In this document: piece after piece, positions 1 through 12,737 of the stretch
Position numbering within the stretch: the first letter of the stretch is position 1
Layout: the number at the start of each line of letters is the position of its first letter
Origin: Ginglymostoma cirratum
Lineage: Eukaryota
Reading direction: 5' to 3'
Length of the DNA: 64,000 nt
Assembly (NCBI GenBank): GCA_024137785.1
Contig: JAHRHZ010000267.1
Coordinates: 24,512,065 to 24,576,064, forward strand
Notes under the pieces: model-generated
The model's input: only the letters and a program-made list of their open reading frames with translations
Told to the model about the DNA's origin: nothing
Databases searched by the model: none
Translations under genes and position numbers: made by a program

Positions 1-2505
1 GCAGAACATCTTCAGCTAAAGAAACAAGCCAAAAGCCTCCATTGCCTTTTCGATTGTGCTGACTCTTTCTTTCCATGAAGCGGAAAGCACATTTTCATAA
101 ATAGACCTTGGTGAAGTGATGACTATAAAAAATTAATGAAGTCTGAGTCCTGAGTGGAGCCTCGGGGCCATCGGAGAATAATTTAACCACTACATTATCA
201 TCGCTTTCTCTACAGCTCGGAACTGGACGCTTTGTGTCTTCGAATTAGGCACAAGCAGCTCATAACGTTCCAGCCGTGTTCTATCACAACAAAAAGAAAA
301 GATGAAAAAAAAACCTGGTGGAAAAGAAAAGAAAGTCGAAAAGATACCAACTGGTCACAGAAACACATGTAAAAGCCGGTCATATAGTTACTTTTAGAAG
401 TTTTAAATGCATCCAATGCAATATTAATCAACCGCGTTAATATAAGTTAAGGTTGTATTTTCTAGCACAGTCCCCACGCTGACAGTCGGAGTGCAGACTT
501 GCAATCTCCGGACTACTAGTCCCATTTGAAGAAAAGCGATCCCAAACCGATTGTGTAGCTTCATAACAAGGATACCAGGTAAGTAGTTAGTGTTTCATTC
601 ATTTTCCACACGTGACACATGGCTGCTGCGATCTCTTGGTTGGTACTAAAAGCTATTCGCGGCTTCAACCTGAGCATCTTTTGTGAAACGGCGAAACAAT
701 TAGCAGAGGAATAATATTATTATGCATCCTAGTATCTCGTGTGATTAGAACAATGTAATTAGCACATTATTCAGAGATAATAGTTTAATTGGCAACAACA
801 TTAAGCACAATAAATTAACCGTGCGCTAGAGACTCTTCAAGGCGAAAGCGATGGAACTTTAAGTCTGTCAGTTGGAAAACTGAACTGAAAAAATGACTAA
901 AATGTTGTCTTCTCATGCACTGCCCTCTGATCGAGATAGCAATGGGCCCCTTTAAAGGTTGTTAGGCACCATAATGCGAAGTGCAAAACGTAACATGCAC
1001 TTTACTTCCAATGTTATTCAACATGTTGCTCTTTTGAGGAGAGTGGAATGGTTCTGATAGAAAGCATCTTACAGATATTCAAGATCCCTTTCAGCAATTT
1101 GCTTCGTAAAGTTCTTCAGTTCACATGAAGACGTTTAGATGGAATCAGGGAGAAACCGTACGGCCCATCGATCTCTAGTCACCACAGAACCAATGGCTAA
1201 TTGGCAGCCCGCTTTGACGAAGAAAAGCTCATTGTTGCTTTTCCTTTGAAGGTGGAAGTTGCGCCGTTTATTTCCCGTTGTGTTTTCATGGTCCTGCCTG
1301 TGACCTCTGGTACTTAGAGCTTTAACCCATAAATAGTTGTGTTCGCTTGCATAAACATAACTTTCATCTTCTGTTCTTTGGGAAGTACTGTGCATCTTTA
1401 TTGTCGGAGTTCCCAACGCCACGAATCACCTCTTACTAAAGAAGAAAAGCGGGAAGATCGATAACCATTGATTAAATCACTTGTACGATTTCTATCTTGG
1501 TTAATACCTGAGATCCATTCAACTACATTCATATTTCAGTTAAATTATGTAAGATGATGAGATTCCATAATTAGCAAATTCCGGGCCAGCGCATAAGTTA
1601 AAAAAAACGCTTCCCTCGAAAAGTCCCAGTTTCTTGCTGGTGTGGTAAATATTCTTGTAACCATTCCCGCTCTGTGCAACTTTCCAACATGACCTATCAC
1701 CGTCAGAGTAATACAATTCCAGTCTATTTATACAACGAAATACAGATCCCATCCCTTCCACCTAATGTATTATTTATTCCTGAATTTATATTTAATCTGG
1801 ATGTCTTCAACTGATGATTCCTATAACATTGTAATTGCCGGAAAACCTCCATCATTATATATTCGGCGTGTTTTCATCTTTAACCTGTGATCGGGTTTGA
1901 TTTTAATCGTTCATTTGTTCGGATATAAGCACGGATCGTACACGACCACAGATGAAATAATTCATGAATTTACACGTGACCGAACGCCCTGTTGTTGTTG
2001 CAGGAAATCAAAAGCAATCGGACATATACAAAGTCGAATATATAGATAGACTTTTGCGCACACGCATATATAAAACGTGCAAGTTCGTGTTGTTTTTCAC
2101 CTGAATTTGTAATGAGACCCAGAACAGTGACATTTGTTTAATAAACGCCTCGTTCTCCAGATACAGGTTTCAGCTCATAATCAGCAACAGTACTTCACAA
2201 TTTATGCCAAAATATAGTTGCTGAGCATGATAATGCAAAGAATTATTAAGGCTGGAGTCTCGCATCTAGCCCGAGTAACACTGCTAAGGCGGTTAGTGAA
2301 ATCTGATCACCGAACATGTGCTTTTTGTGTGTGTCTCAGTAAAATAAAAAATGAATGAAACTGACTTTACGCCTTATAATGTGAAAATTTCAGGGTCGTA
2401 GATGATACAACTGATATCACTATGGTCACTAGCACATTTATCATGGCGATGAAGAATGTCATTGCAGTAATCAAGTTACAATAAGCCGTTCTACCTTTCC
2501 CATCC

Positions 2506-2520
2506 ACCCCGCCCTATAAA
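2506..2520 (+). promoter_or_regulatory. GC box immediately followed by a TATA box (candidate core promoter)
   Basis: ACCCCGCCC (2506-2514) abuts TATAAA (2515-2520) inside the CpG-rich domain. Motif match only. Confidence 0.3.
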
Positions 2521-2834
2521 TTCGTAAATTACGCTGTTCGTTGAGTGCCTATTAACACAGGCCGTATTGCAGTGCCCTAGGTAGTCAGTCATTGAAAGGA
2601 GAAAGCCAGTGTCGAGCGCGTTTAGTGCTTTGGAGAACCTATCGCTAAAGACAGCTGATAGTGTCAGGTGATGACCTCTAGCCAGCTACTGATCAAGAAG
2701 GGTCACGGTAGGCCAAAGCCAGTGATGTGGACAAGTCGCGAAGGGAAGGTTTGCAGTACATTACTGAAAAGCACATTGGTTAAAAGAAAATTGGTCCTCC
2801 AATCGTAGCGAGGTTCATGGACAAAGGCCTTCGA

Positions 2835-2855
2835 TTCAGGACCTTGGACAGCTCA
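2835..2855 (+). promoter_or_regulatory. RE1/NRSE-like REST binding site
   Basis: TTCAGGACCTTGGACAGCTCA versus consensus TTCAGCACCnnGGACAGCGCC. Both half-sites are present with the canonical 2-nt spacer. Confidence 0.6.
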
Positions 2856-4599
2856 TTGCCGGGAGAGATCCCGCCTCAGCTTTGTGGACCCAGGGTACAA
2901 ATTGTTGCCATGCATTTCAAAGTAGTCATTAGACATAAATAAAACGGTACTTCTCTGCATTTTTCTCCAGAGGCTTTATTAAAAGTTTTACAAGTCAGTT
3001 AAGGGATGCATTTTACAATACTGGGTGGGCCTTTATCGTTACTTCACTATGATTTAAACAAATTACTAAATTATTGCAACCAACTGTTTAGACTGTATCA
3101 AATTATCTGGCATAATGCAAAACTTCTTATTTTAATGCAGCAATATGACCAATCTGACCCTGTTTTAGCACGATTTATACAATGTCCACATATTTAATAC
3201 AGACTTTATAGTTTGCTTTCGCCGCTATCTGAAATAAGCAATTCTAACTGAGAGACGCCGCTCTGCTTCACTGGCAATGAATATCATGTGAAGAAATGTC
3301 AGGCATTAAATGTCACAGCAGATCCCCCAAATCCACAATCATTTCAATATCTTATTTACTCATCAAACTCCGGCGGTGGCGCCAATGTTGTTGACTTTCA
3401 TGCGGTCTGAGATTTTGTTGATTTAGCATAAAAAATTAATGGTGGAGTTTCGGGTCCTCTGGCATACTCATTTCTTAAATAAATCCACCATTTAGAAAGA
3501 TAAATATTCGGCTGCTTGAAGATGACCTCCTCTCAGCCGCTGGCTACAGGACTCCAGTCATTCCCGTCCTGGGCGATCAGGACAGACCGTGCTACTACGG
3601 AGAAGTACTCATTGCACTGCCTCTTACTTCACCCAGGACAGATTTCTGGCACTCCAATTGCATTTTAATTCATCACTGATTTACCACAGCTAAGGCAAAG
3701 GCTGGGACTAAATGGTGCTTCGGCTTCAGTTTCCTTTAATAGAAACACACGCATATATTCAGCCTTTAAAATAATGACTGACTGGTGTCCTTCTATTCTG
3801 ACCACAGAACCCCGTATTAAAAGGTGATGACACTCACACTGGTCCTCTCGAGTCACCCGTCGCCTCAAGTGTTGTATAACGGACTTTTTCTTTATAAAAA
3901 CAATTGTTTTAAACTAGTGATGAATCTGATTTGAGCACGAGAAGGTAGGACTTCCCCCCCTCACAGCTGCAGTGTAATCCACTCTTGTGATGGAAAATAA
4001 TTAAAAAGCAGGGAAAATATTGATTCCATTATTAACCTTTTTAACCTGCGCTGCGCATGCAGGAAGCTAAGTGAGCATTCTCATTTACAATTCTCATATT
4101 ATTTTAATATTCATTGGCGTGGAAGATAGCACCGAGATGGCTACTTTTTATTTACTAGTATCTGATGAAAACGACACTTTGCTACTTTGGCGGCAATGTT
4201 TGGAGTATATGATTAGACACTGTCTCTCGAAATTCAGCAGGACCCCAAATGACACAGTGATCTTTCATGTCATTAGTTTGTATGTCTGCAAGACGAAACG
4301 CCTGGTGTAGTGTTAGATTTAGGTTGCGGATCAATATTCATAAGGATACATTATTGTATGTTTGCTGCATTATGTTATTTTTTGCACCGTAAGTGCACGG
4401 CCCAATAAGATAACGACTCCGAACAGAACGCGGCGTTGAAGCATCAAATATTTCTTTATCTTCAGCATTCGAAGAAACCTTCTTATTATTTAACCCAAAC
4501 ATAGTCTTGAGGTTTCCGATGCTATGTTTAACCGAAAGCAATTCGCGCCCCCGAGGCTCTGACAACTAAATTACCTGGGTGTAGAATCAAGGAAGGCGC

Positions 4600-4790
4600 A
4601 CGGATGGATACCAGGTGAGTAGCTATCAACTCCTTTAATTCTTGGCCGGAAGGCAGGTTCCAACCCACAGCGTCCTGATCTCTATCCACAGGTAGGAAGA
4701 TCCCCAACCCACCCCAGCCGAAGCGGAGATAGAACCAGTGCTATTGACACCAACCTGATCCGCAATGGCCAATGCAACTATCCACTTCCC
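4600..4790 (-). mobile_element. Ancient tRNA-derived SINE relic (MER131-like as recalled)
   Basis: Minus strand reads ...ggccattgcggatcagg...GGTTCTATCTCC (B-box-like)...ggggatcttcctacctgtggatag...gacgctgtggg...ccttccggccaaga...tactcacctggtatcc. This resembles my recollection of the MER131 consensus; name unverified. Confidence 0.45.
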
Positions 4791-6537
4791 AACCCCAGTC
4801 CCAATTGGCGTGACCACTTAACACCTTTACCTGCCTGTTGTGGCCTGAAGCTATCGATAATGATGACAGAGGTTCCAAGTTTCTTTCCATCACAAGATTG
4901 ACCATGGGTGTCTTGATTTCAAGTACAGCAAGAATGACACGTGATTAATGGCCTCACGAGTGAAAAGCTTGAATTGGAGGGTCATTTACAAGCAAGGGGA
5001 GCTGGAAAGAATGTTTACATCTTCGGGCAATCTAAATTACTACACAGGCAACACTTGACTGTGAAAGTGTCGAAATTATTATCCTGGAGTTACCATTTCC
5101 GTACTGAAGTTTACGCAAATGGTCATAAAATTAAGGATCAGTTTTTCATCATGTTGGTTGAAGATTAATTGTAGGCATTGGACTCCTCGTTCTTTGACGA
5201 AAAAGGAAAGGAATGGGATGCTTTGCTTCCACCTGAACAAGCAGATGAGGGTTCACGTTGACGATTCATTCGGAATTAAACTAAACTGACCCATTTCTCT
5301 GTAAATTCAACGGCCCAGTGCCCGATGTTCAGATATTAATGAGCCCAGTTAGCCCTCAGTCTGGTGGGCACTAAGTTCTTTCACATTTTAAACCCGAAAC
5401 TCCTGGTTGGTGAGGGAAGGAATCGGCGCCGAGGACTTGGAACAAGAATTGATCCGTTTGTGACTGTTAATAGACGTGACGTCGGTTTGAGGCTCTCACT
5501 TCAAGATTGTCTTACCAGCTTCACACGGCAAAACCATAGCTTGAATTTACTTGTTGCTTATAAAGTAAGTTTGTCAAATTCAGTTCCCGGAATCTGGGGG
5601 GAGCAGGACAGCTCCTTCCAGCTGATATTTAAAAGGAACTGAATATCACTCGCCAGACCCCAGGCTCCGTTCAGATCTGGCCCGCTCCATTTTCTTGTGA
5701 GGACAGCTACAATACCAACGATAACCTAATCATGACTTCTTCTTCCTTATCTGAAATTGGCATCATGCAATTGTAAAATTCCAACACCGATGCCCCCCCA
5801 TGTCAGATGTCTCCAAGCGCCATCACATAGATCTCCCAAAACTTCTGGACCCTGAGCAATTTGTACGTTTCCTCTTAATTACGCTTAAAGTTTCCTGGAA
5901 ATGATTTTCATTCAATCCACTCCGGCATTCAATATGTTTACTTTTAGTTTCTGGGAAAGGGGAGAATACTTGAAAGACAAAAATGTGGTAGGTTGTGATC
6001 GGACTGTCTAAGCTTCATGTTAAAATAACTGATAGATTTCAGAAATGGAAGAACGCAGAAAAAATTACAACTATTTGATAAATTTGTTGTATGAATAGGA
6101 GAACCCTTTCCTAACCTATATTAATTTATTTTATTGCATTATCAAAAATATTTTGAATATTCCTTTCCATGTAATATCATGTCACCTAGACTTATCACTT
6201 TTGGACTTTAACAATATCCGTGATATTAAACGGGATTTGTGCAAGGGATTCTGTTCATATTTTCACGATTTTTCGTACATTTATCATACATCAACATTTA
6301 TTCAGCCTTGAACAGCCTGTGTCCTACCTGTTGAACAAAAGGAAATTTCATTTAATCTTTTAATGAAAAAAAGTTAAAAAAAAGCCTACATTCAATTAAT
6401 TTGGATATACAATTGAAACTAACTTGAATGCACCTGAACGTACGCATCTTTCTAGGGTCACCAAATTTACATGTTCTGGTTTGCATTAGTTTATTGATTG
6501 TCTGGAAATTTATGCAGGAGGAGTAAATGTATGTGTT

Positions 6538-6872
6538 CATAAAATCCTTACAACACAGAAAGAGGCCATTCAGCCCATGGAGTCAACACTGACCCTTCAA
6601 AGAGCATCTCACCTAGACCCACCTTATCCCTGTAACCCTGCATTTACCATGGCTAATCCACTTAGTCTTCACATCCCTGGACACTACATTACAATTTAGC
6701 ATGGCCAGTCCATCTAATCTACACACCTTTGAACTGTGGGGAGGAAATCAGAGCACCCAATGGAAAACCACACAGGCATGGGAACAATGTGCGAACTCCA
6801 CACAGTCAGTCACCGAAAGCTGGAATCAAACCCGTCTCCATGGTGCTTTAAGGCAGCTGTGCACCATTGTGC
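6538..6872 (-). mobile_element. HE1-type V-SINE (tRNA head, V domain, CR1/HER1-derived tail)
   Basis: Reverse-complement tail gaggccattcagccc..., V domain (tgtgggaggaaatcagagcaccc...aactccacacag) and tRNA head (ggaatcaaaccc...accattgtgc). Confidence 0.85.
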
Positions 6873-8184
6873 TAATACACTATACTGCTATACTAACAAG
6901 ATCTACAGGGGCTTTAAAGAGCAATTATTGAGCAGAATCAAGTTCTGAGTGGTGTGGACTATGGTGAGATGAATGATAGAACCATCTCTAGATGTTTTCT
7001 GAGTTCCATGCTGACGTTGAGCACATCTGGCTATGTAGTGCATTTTCTCAAATTGTGAGGAAAGATTGCTGGGCAGCAGTCAATTCTCAATTGATGCTTA
7101 TCATTGCTTGTTAAATGCCTTGTTAACAGACCAATTTGCCATGGGGTACCAAACTCACCATATAAATTAACCATCAGAAAAACTCAAAATGAAAACCAAG
7201 GTGTTTTCATGATGAGTTCTCATTGATTTTTAGAAGGTTCAGTTTGCTGCTTGCTCCAAAATAACCTCCATGTTGGACACTGAGCACAAACATCTCAGGC
7301 ATTCTCCATGCGCACCAGCCACATGGACCTCACGACCGCAGAAATTGGCATTGACATGTGCCAGCCTCTATGAAACATCATTGCCTATATTAGTTCCACT
7401 TGTAGGATACTTCTGCACTTCAGCATTGCACCTCAGGCTGCACAGGCAACTAATATTTAACTCTGTAGCAAGGACACTGAGCTCTCAGAGAGATACACCC
7501 GGGCCATGAACTAGACCAGGCTGCATCTCTGGGCTCTTCACTTGCTCTCATGGTGTTCAATCACTCTGAGCCTACCTGGATATTGGCAGCATCCCTACCT
7601 TGCAATATCGTGCATTGGTTTTTGCTCGTTACCCTCACAGCCAGAGACTCATATTACTGCTGTCTTGCTGTGCCATTTAGCACAGACACAAAACCAGGAA
7701 GCTTGACATGGAGGTCAAGAGACCTCAGTCCAGTCAAGAAGGAGAGCCCTCACTAGATGTTTCCTGTACAGTAAGTCAACTGCAGCCTCCAATACCAGTC
7801 TAGGCACTACTTATGGCAGTCAGTGTCGGATTCTCTGCTGATAAAGGGTGAGGATCAAAATACCTGGCAGCAAAATACCTGTCTTTTCTGCCCTACTGTG
7901 AACTGCTTTCCTCCAGGAATGAGGGAGAGGCAACTGTTACAGAAGAAGAAAGTGGGTGTCAAAGCTATTAATGTTGGTCCAGGTGGGAAGGTTTTCCAAG
8001 CAAGTGAGTAGGCTGCACAGATAGTGTACAAAGTGAATAGTGCTGCAGGCTGGAATAGGTGAGGACAAGTAGTTTAGATGTTACAGGCAGTAGTGAGATT
8101 AGCGGAACATGAGCCTTGGTTGACATAGGTCCATTAGCAGAGATGGAGTGTAAGATATTAGAGAGAGATGAGGGCACTGTTCTT

Positions 8185-9402
8185 GATGGCAAGGTTAGAT
8201 CAATGGAATGCAGGGATAACTAACCATTTGGATACAAAATTGGCTCGAACATTGGAGACAGAGGGCAGCGGTGGAGGGTTGCTTTTCAGACTGGAAGCCT
8301 ATGACCAGTGGTATTCAACAAGGATCGGTGCTGGGTTCACTGCTTTTTGGCATTTATATAAATGATTTGGATATGAATATAGGAGGTATAACTAATAAGT
8401 TTACAGATGACTGATTGAGTCAGATACTTTAGAGACTTTTAAGCGACTGTTGGATAGGCACATGGAGGAAAGTAAAATGTAGGGTATGCAGGATAGATTG
8501 GTCTTAGTAGGATAATAGGTCGGCACAACATCATGAGCCGAAGGGCCTGTACTGTGCTGTACTGTTCTATGTTCTATGTCCTATGTTCTATGACAGCAAA
8601 GTCAGTAGTGCAGTGGACAGCGAACAAGGCTACCTCAGAGTGCAATGGGACCGAGGAGTGACAGATCCAGACAAACGTGAGGTGCTACATTTAGTATGTC
8701 AAATCAGGGCAGGACTTATATACTTAGTGGTAAAGTCCTGAGAAGTGTTGTTGAACAAAGAAGCCTCATGGTCCCTTGAAAGTGGATCCACAGGTAGACA
8801 GGCTAGTGAAGAAGGCATTTGGCACACTTGACTTTATTGGTCACTGAATTCAGTATCAGAGTTGGGAGGTCATATTGCAGCTGTACAGGACATTGGTTAG
8901 GCCACTTTTGGAATACTGCATACAGTTCTGTTCTCCCTGCTATAGGAAAGATGTTGTGAAACTTGAAAGAGTTCAGAAAAGATTTACAAGAATGTTGCCA
9001 GTGTTAGAGCATTTGAGTTATAGGGAGAGGCTGAATAGACTAGGGCTATTTTCCCTGGAGCATTGGCTGCTTAGGGGTGCATAGACAAGCGTAAGGAAAC
9101 CAAAACTAGAGGGCGTAGATTTAAAGTGAAAGAAGAAAGATTTAAAAGGGGCCTGAAGGGCAACCTCTTCATGTAGAGGGTTGTACATATATGGAATGAA
9201 CCGCCTGAGGAAGTGGTGGAGGCAGGTACAATTACATCATTTAAAAGGCATCTGGATAGGTATACGAATAGGAATGGTTTAGAGGGATATGGCCAAATGC
9301 TGGCAAATGGGACTAGATTAATTTAGGCTATCTGGTCAGTATCTGGTCAGGGTGGACTGAAGAGTCTGTTTCCGAGCTGTAGATCTCTATGATTCTATGA
9401 CT
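8185..9402 (+). mobile_element. HER1/CR1 LINE, 5'-truncated, decayed RT and C-terminus
   Basis: ORF 8875-9084 LYRTLVRPLLEYCIQFCSPCYRKDVVKLERVQKRFTRMLP is the typical CR1 ORF2 C-terminal region. 3' tail gtctgtttcc...ctctatgattctatgac. Confidence 0.9.
8412..8589 (+). mobile_element. Short CR1 3' end nested inside the HER1 element
   Basis: ggtcggcacaacatc...gaagggcctgtactgtgctgtactgttctat(gttctat)n tail, flanked by ATGAC at 8407-8411 and 8590-8594. Confidence 0.85.
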
Positions 9403-10811
9403 GTATTCTGGCAGAGTAGAGGAGAACATTGACCTTCTTCCTAATGGCTACTCCTCCAGATGACTTAGACTGATCTAATCTCGGTGATAACGTCAGAGTA
9501 GATTGGCATGGTCTGGGACTTGGCCTCCACATCTGGTCCTGGGCAAGAGGAAGTTCTCCCTTGGCACCACTCGACCCAGGAGGAGCCCCGTGACCATGTT
9601 ATTCCTCCTATCTGCCAAATCCAGGGTTAATATCAGGAACTGTGCTAAGCGGGTCCAGACTGACAGTACTTACCAGGTTACACAATGGCCTTTAAAGTGT
9701 GGCCTGGTGCAGGGATGCCAGTCAATTTGGGAATACCCAGTAAGCGGTGAGTTGTTTGGGAAAGGTATCTAGTAATATGAAGTAGAAATTGGACACAGTA
9801 CTCTCCATTGTGCTGCAGCATCAATAATTGTTATGAGTTTGCTAGGATAATGTGATTAAACTCCCCAACCTTGCAACATGAATTTCTCCACCAAACTCAG
9901 AGTAACTCGCACTTAGCTAAAAAAACACATAAAATTCAGTTCAGTGTCTTCATAGTTAGAGAGATATGCTACATAGTAGAATATACACTTTGAGCAGCTT
10001 CAAGGATGCCAAATGAAGACTTACTGTCTGAGTATCCAAAAGCAACTGAAAGCTTTGCACTAGTCCCCAGGATTGGCAGGTAACCATTCACTCTCCCTTT
10101 GTATTACTCAATCTATTGTTAGCTGAGGTGATTGTGACACAATTAAATCTACCATTCAGTTGCCAAACATTTCCCACTATTCCTAATTTCATAGATAGGT
10201 GCACTTAATGCTCATTACTTAAGCCATCTATGTTGTAAGGATTAAGATGTGACTTATTGTAGTCTGCTTTCAGAGATAAAAGGAAGCAATGTATACCTGA
10301 CCAACTTGTGATAGAAACACTGCATATTTTTTCAGACAAGTTGGCACCTGGATCTTACAGCCCTCCTTAATATGAAATTGAGCACTCAAACTGTACTCCA
10401 TGGAGTCAAGTTCCTTTTCAATGCTTATGTGATCCATCTGCCAATTTCACAGGTTTGACCAAAGCCTCCATCTTTCAGAAACACGGAGGAAGCAACACAT
10501 AACAAGGGCAACTGCAAAGTCCCTCCAACCTGCTTGAACACTGATATGCATCAATCCCTGGACCATGGTTTTGCTACTATTCCCAGGTGAAAATGCTGTA
10601 GGTTAAAACACATTGTTCTCTTGAAGAATCCAGAAAAGGCAAGGTTAGATAATACATGTGCTTGTACAAACAGTATTTGAAAAGCACAACTGGGATATAT
10701 GTAACTGTTTAACATACAGATTAATGCATCTTCATCTCAGTCTCCTCTGACAATGGACCACTGTCAACCTCAGCTGAGAAAGAATCATGCCTATCACATT
10801 AATTATTTTGT

Positions 10812-11945
10812 ATGCATTCTTGGGATGTGGATATCAATGGCAAGGTCAACATATACTGCCAACTCCTACTTGTCCTGGAGAGGATGGTGGTGAGGGGTCT
10901 ATTGAACCACTGTAAGTCCTTGGCATGTAGGGATACCCCATTGTTATTAGGAAGTGAGTTCCAGGATTTTGACTAACTGACAGTGAAGAAACAGTGACAT
11001 TGTTACAAGTAGGGATGACATATCGCTTGAAGGGGAACTTGCAAGTGGTGATATTCCCATGCATCTGTTGTCCTCTTCCTTCGAGGTAGTAGAGATCATG
11101 GGTTTGGAAGGAGCTGCTGAAAGAGCCTTGTGTGTTACTGCCATGCACCTTGTGAACAATATGCACTGCTGCCACTATGCCACTTGGTGGTGAAGGGACC
11201 AAATATCAAAAGTGGTGGTTAGGATGCCAATCAAGTGGGATGCTTTGCCCTGGATGGTGTGAAGATTCTTGAGTGTTGTTGGAACTGCACACATCCAAGC
11301 AAGTGGAGAACATTCTAAAGCACATATAACTAGATAGTACACAAAAATTAGAAAGGTAATAAGTGAGTTACTCGCTTTCCTCAAATTCCTAGCCTCTGAC
11401 ATGCTGTTGTAGCAACAGTGTTTAAATGACTGATCCAGTTCAGTTTCTGGATAATGGTAAATTCCAGGGTGTTTCTACTGGGGATGCAGCAATGGAAATA
11501 CAATTGAACGTCAAGAGGCAATGGCTACATTGTATTTTGTCAGATGTGGTCATTGCCTGACACTTGTGCGGTACAAATGTTGTTTGCCAATTATCAGCCC
11601 AAGCCTGGCAACTGTTCATTTCTTGCTGTATAGGAACACAGACTGTTTCAGTCCCTGAGGAGTTGTGAATGGTGTGAATCTAGTACAATCATCAGCAAAC
11701 ATCTCTATTTGATATAAGGAAGGTCATTGATAAAGCAGCTGAAGATAGTTGCGCATATGGCACTTCTCCGAGAAACTCCTCCAGTGATGTCCTGTGGCTG
11801 AAATGACTGACCGCTGTAACTACCTTCCTTAATGCTAGGATGTCTCCAATGAGTGGAAAGTTTTCCTCAATTCTTATTGACTAGAGTTTTGCTGGGGCTC
11901 CTTGATGACATGTGCCTTAATGTCAAGGGCAGTAACTCTCAACTC
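10812..11945 (-). mobile_element. CR1/L2-group LINE (second family), decayed
   Basis: Minus ORF LECSPLAWMCAVPTTLKNLHTIQGKASHLIG; reverse-complement 3' tail gggatgtgg...gaaccactg. Confidence 0.8.
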
Positions 11946-12505
11946 ATTGCTAGAGTTTCAACTAATGATGTCTTCAATTTTATTCACAGAGTGGATTTCA
12001 TAATGAACATTGCTACATACAAACAAACAGGGCTAACAAAGTCAAATGTCATTCCCTCCAAGGAACTTGGGTTTTGCAATAATTGCCGTTATATTTTATT
12101 CACAGTTTATATTGCGTCTGACGCTGGTCCACAACAAGCAGACTAATACATGATTACTGTGATGTACGTTATGATTTGTAGTTTACACCTGAATATGTTT
12201 GTTGCTTTATCTACAACTTTGCCCATGCCCATACTTTGTCACTTTTAACAATCAAACAATTTTATTTACATTAGCTAAGCAATAAAACACATCTTTTAAT
12301 TATTCTGTGTTGTTTTACAGATGCATTCTTTCAGTTTTGATGTTAAACTATGAACTCTTCTCCATAGTGCAGGTTGCCAAAAATAATGAATGGCTCTAAT
12401 TGAAGAAATGGAGCGACTTCTAAATCATCTTTTTCTCATTCAACTACTACAACAATAACAACAAGCAAGGCCATCAAGAGTGGATTAACTGGTTATTTAT
12501 CTAAT

Positions 12506-12737
12506 GTACTCGTGGCTGTTTAGTTCGATTGGCTGGACTGCTGGTTTGTGATGTAGAATGATGGCTAACAGTATGGTCTCAATTCCCATACCAAATGGGG
12601 TTACCATGAAGGATTCTCCTTCTCAACCCCTCCCCTTGCCTGAGGTGTGATGATCCTCAGCTTAAGCCACCACCAGTTATCTCCCTTTAATAAGAGAACA
12701 GCTATATGGTCTGTTAAGATTATAGTGACTTTAATTC
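12506..12737 (+). mobile_element. tRNA-derived SINE
   Basis: tagttcgattggctggac (A-box-like), ggtctcaattccc (B-box-like) and body ttctcaacc...gcctgaggtgtg...ctcagcttaagccaccaccag. Possible TSD TATCTAAT at 12498-12505 and 12738-12745. The same family occurs inverted at 30868-31078. Confidence 0.75.

Larger units (their letters stand above)
1..6300. promoter_or_regulatory. CpG-retaining, repeat-poor domain (candidate non-methylated island / developmental regulatory domain)
   Basis: By eye, CG dinucleotides are frequent through 1-6300 despite AT-rich composition and become scarce after ~6500. There are no young LINE insertions and many TAAT/ATTA-rich blocks. Not quantified. Confidence 0.6.

Noticed and set aside
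576-586. CCAGGTAAGTA, the reverse complement of the U1 snRNA 5' end
   Set aside because: The match does not extend into the U1 body; it is only a consensus splice-donor-like motif.
1-6300. Naming the neighbouring gene or a miRNA
   Set aside because: No coding exon or mature miRNA that I recognise, so any gene name would be a guess.
7000-8180. Possible Harbinger-derived or coding sequence
   Set aside because: It looks like old transposon debris, but I could not read a diagnostic motif.
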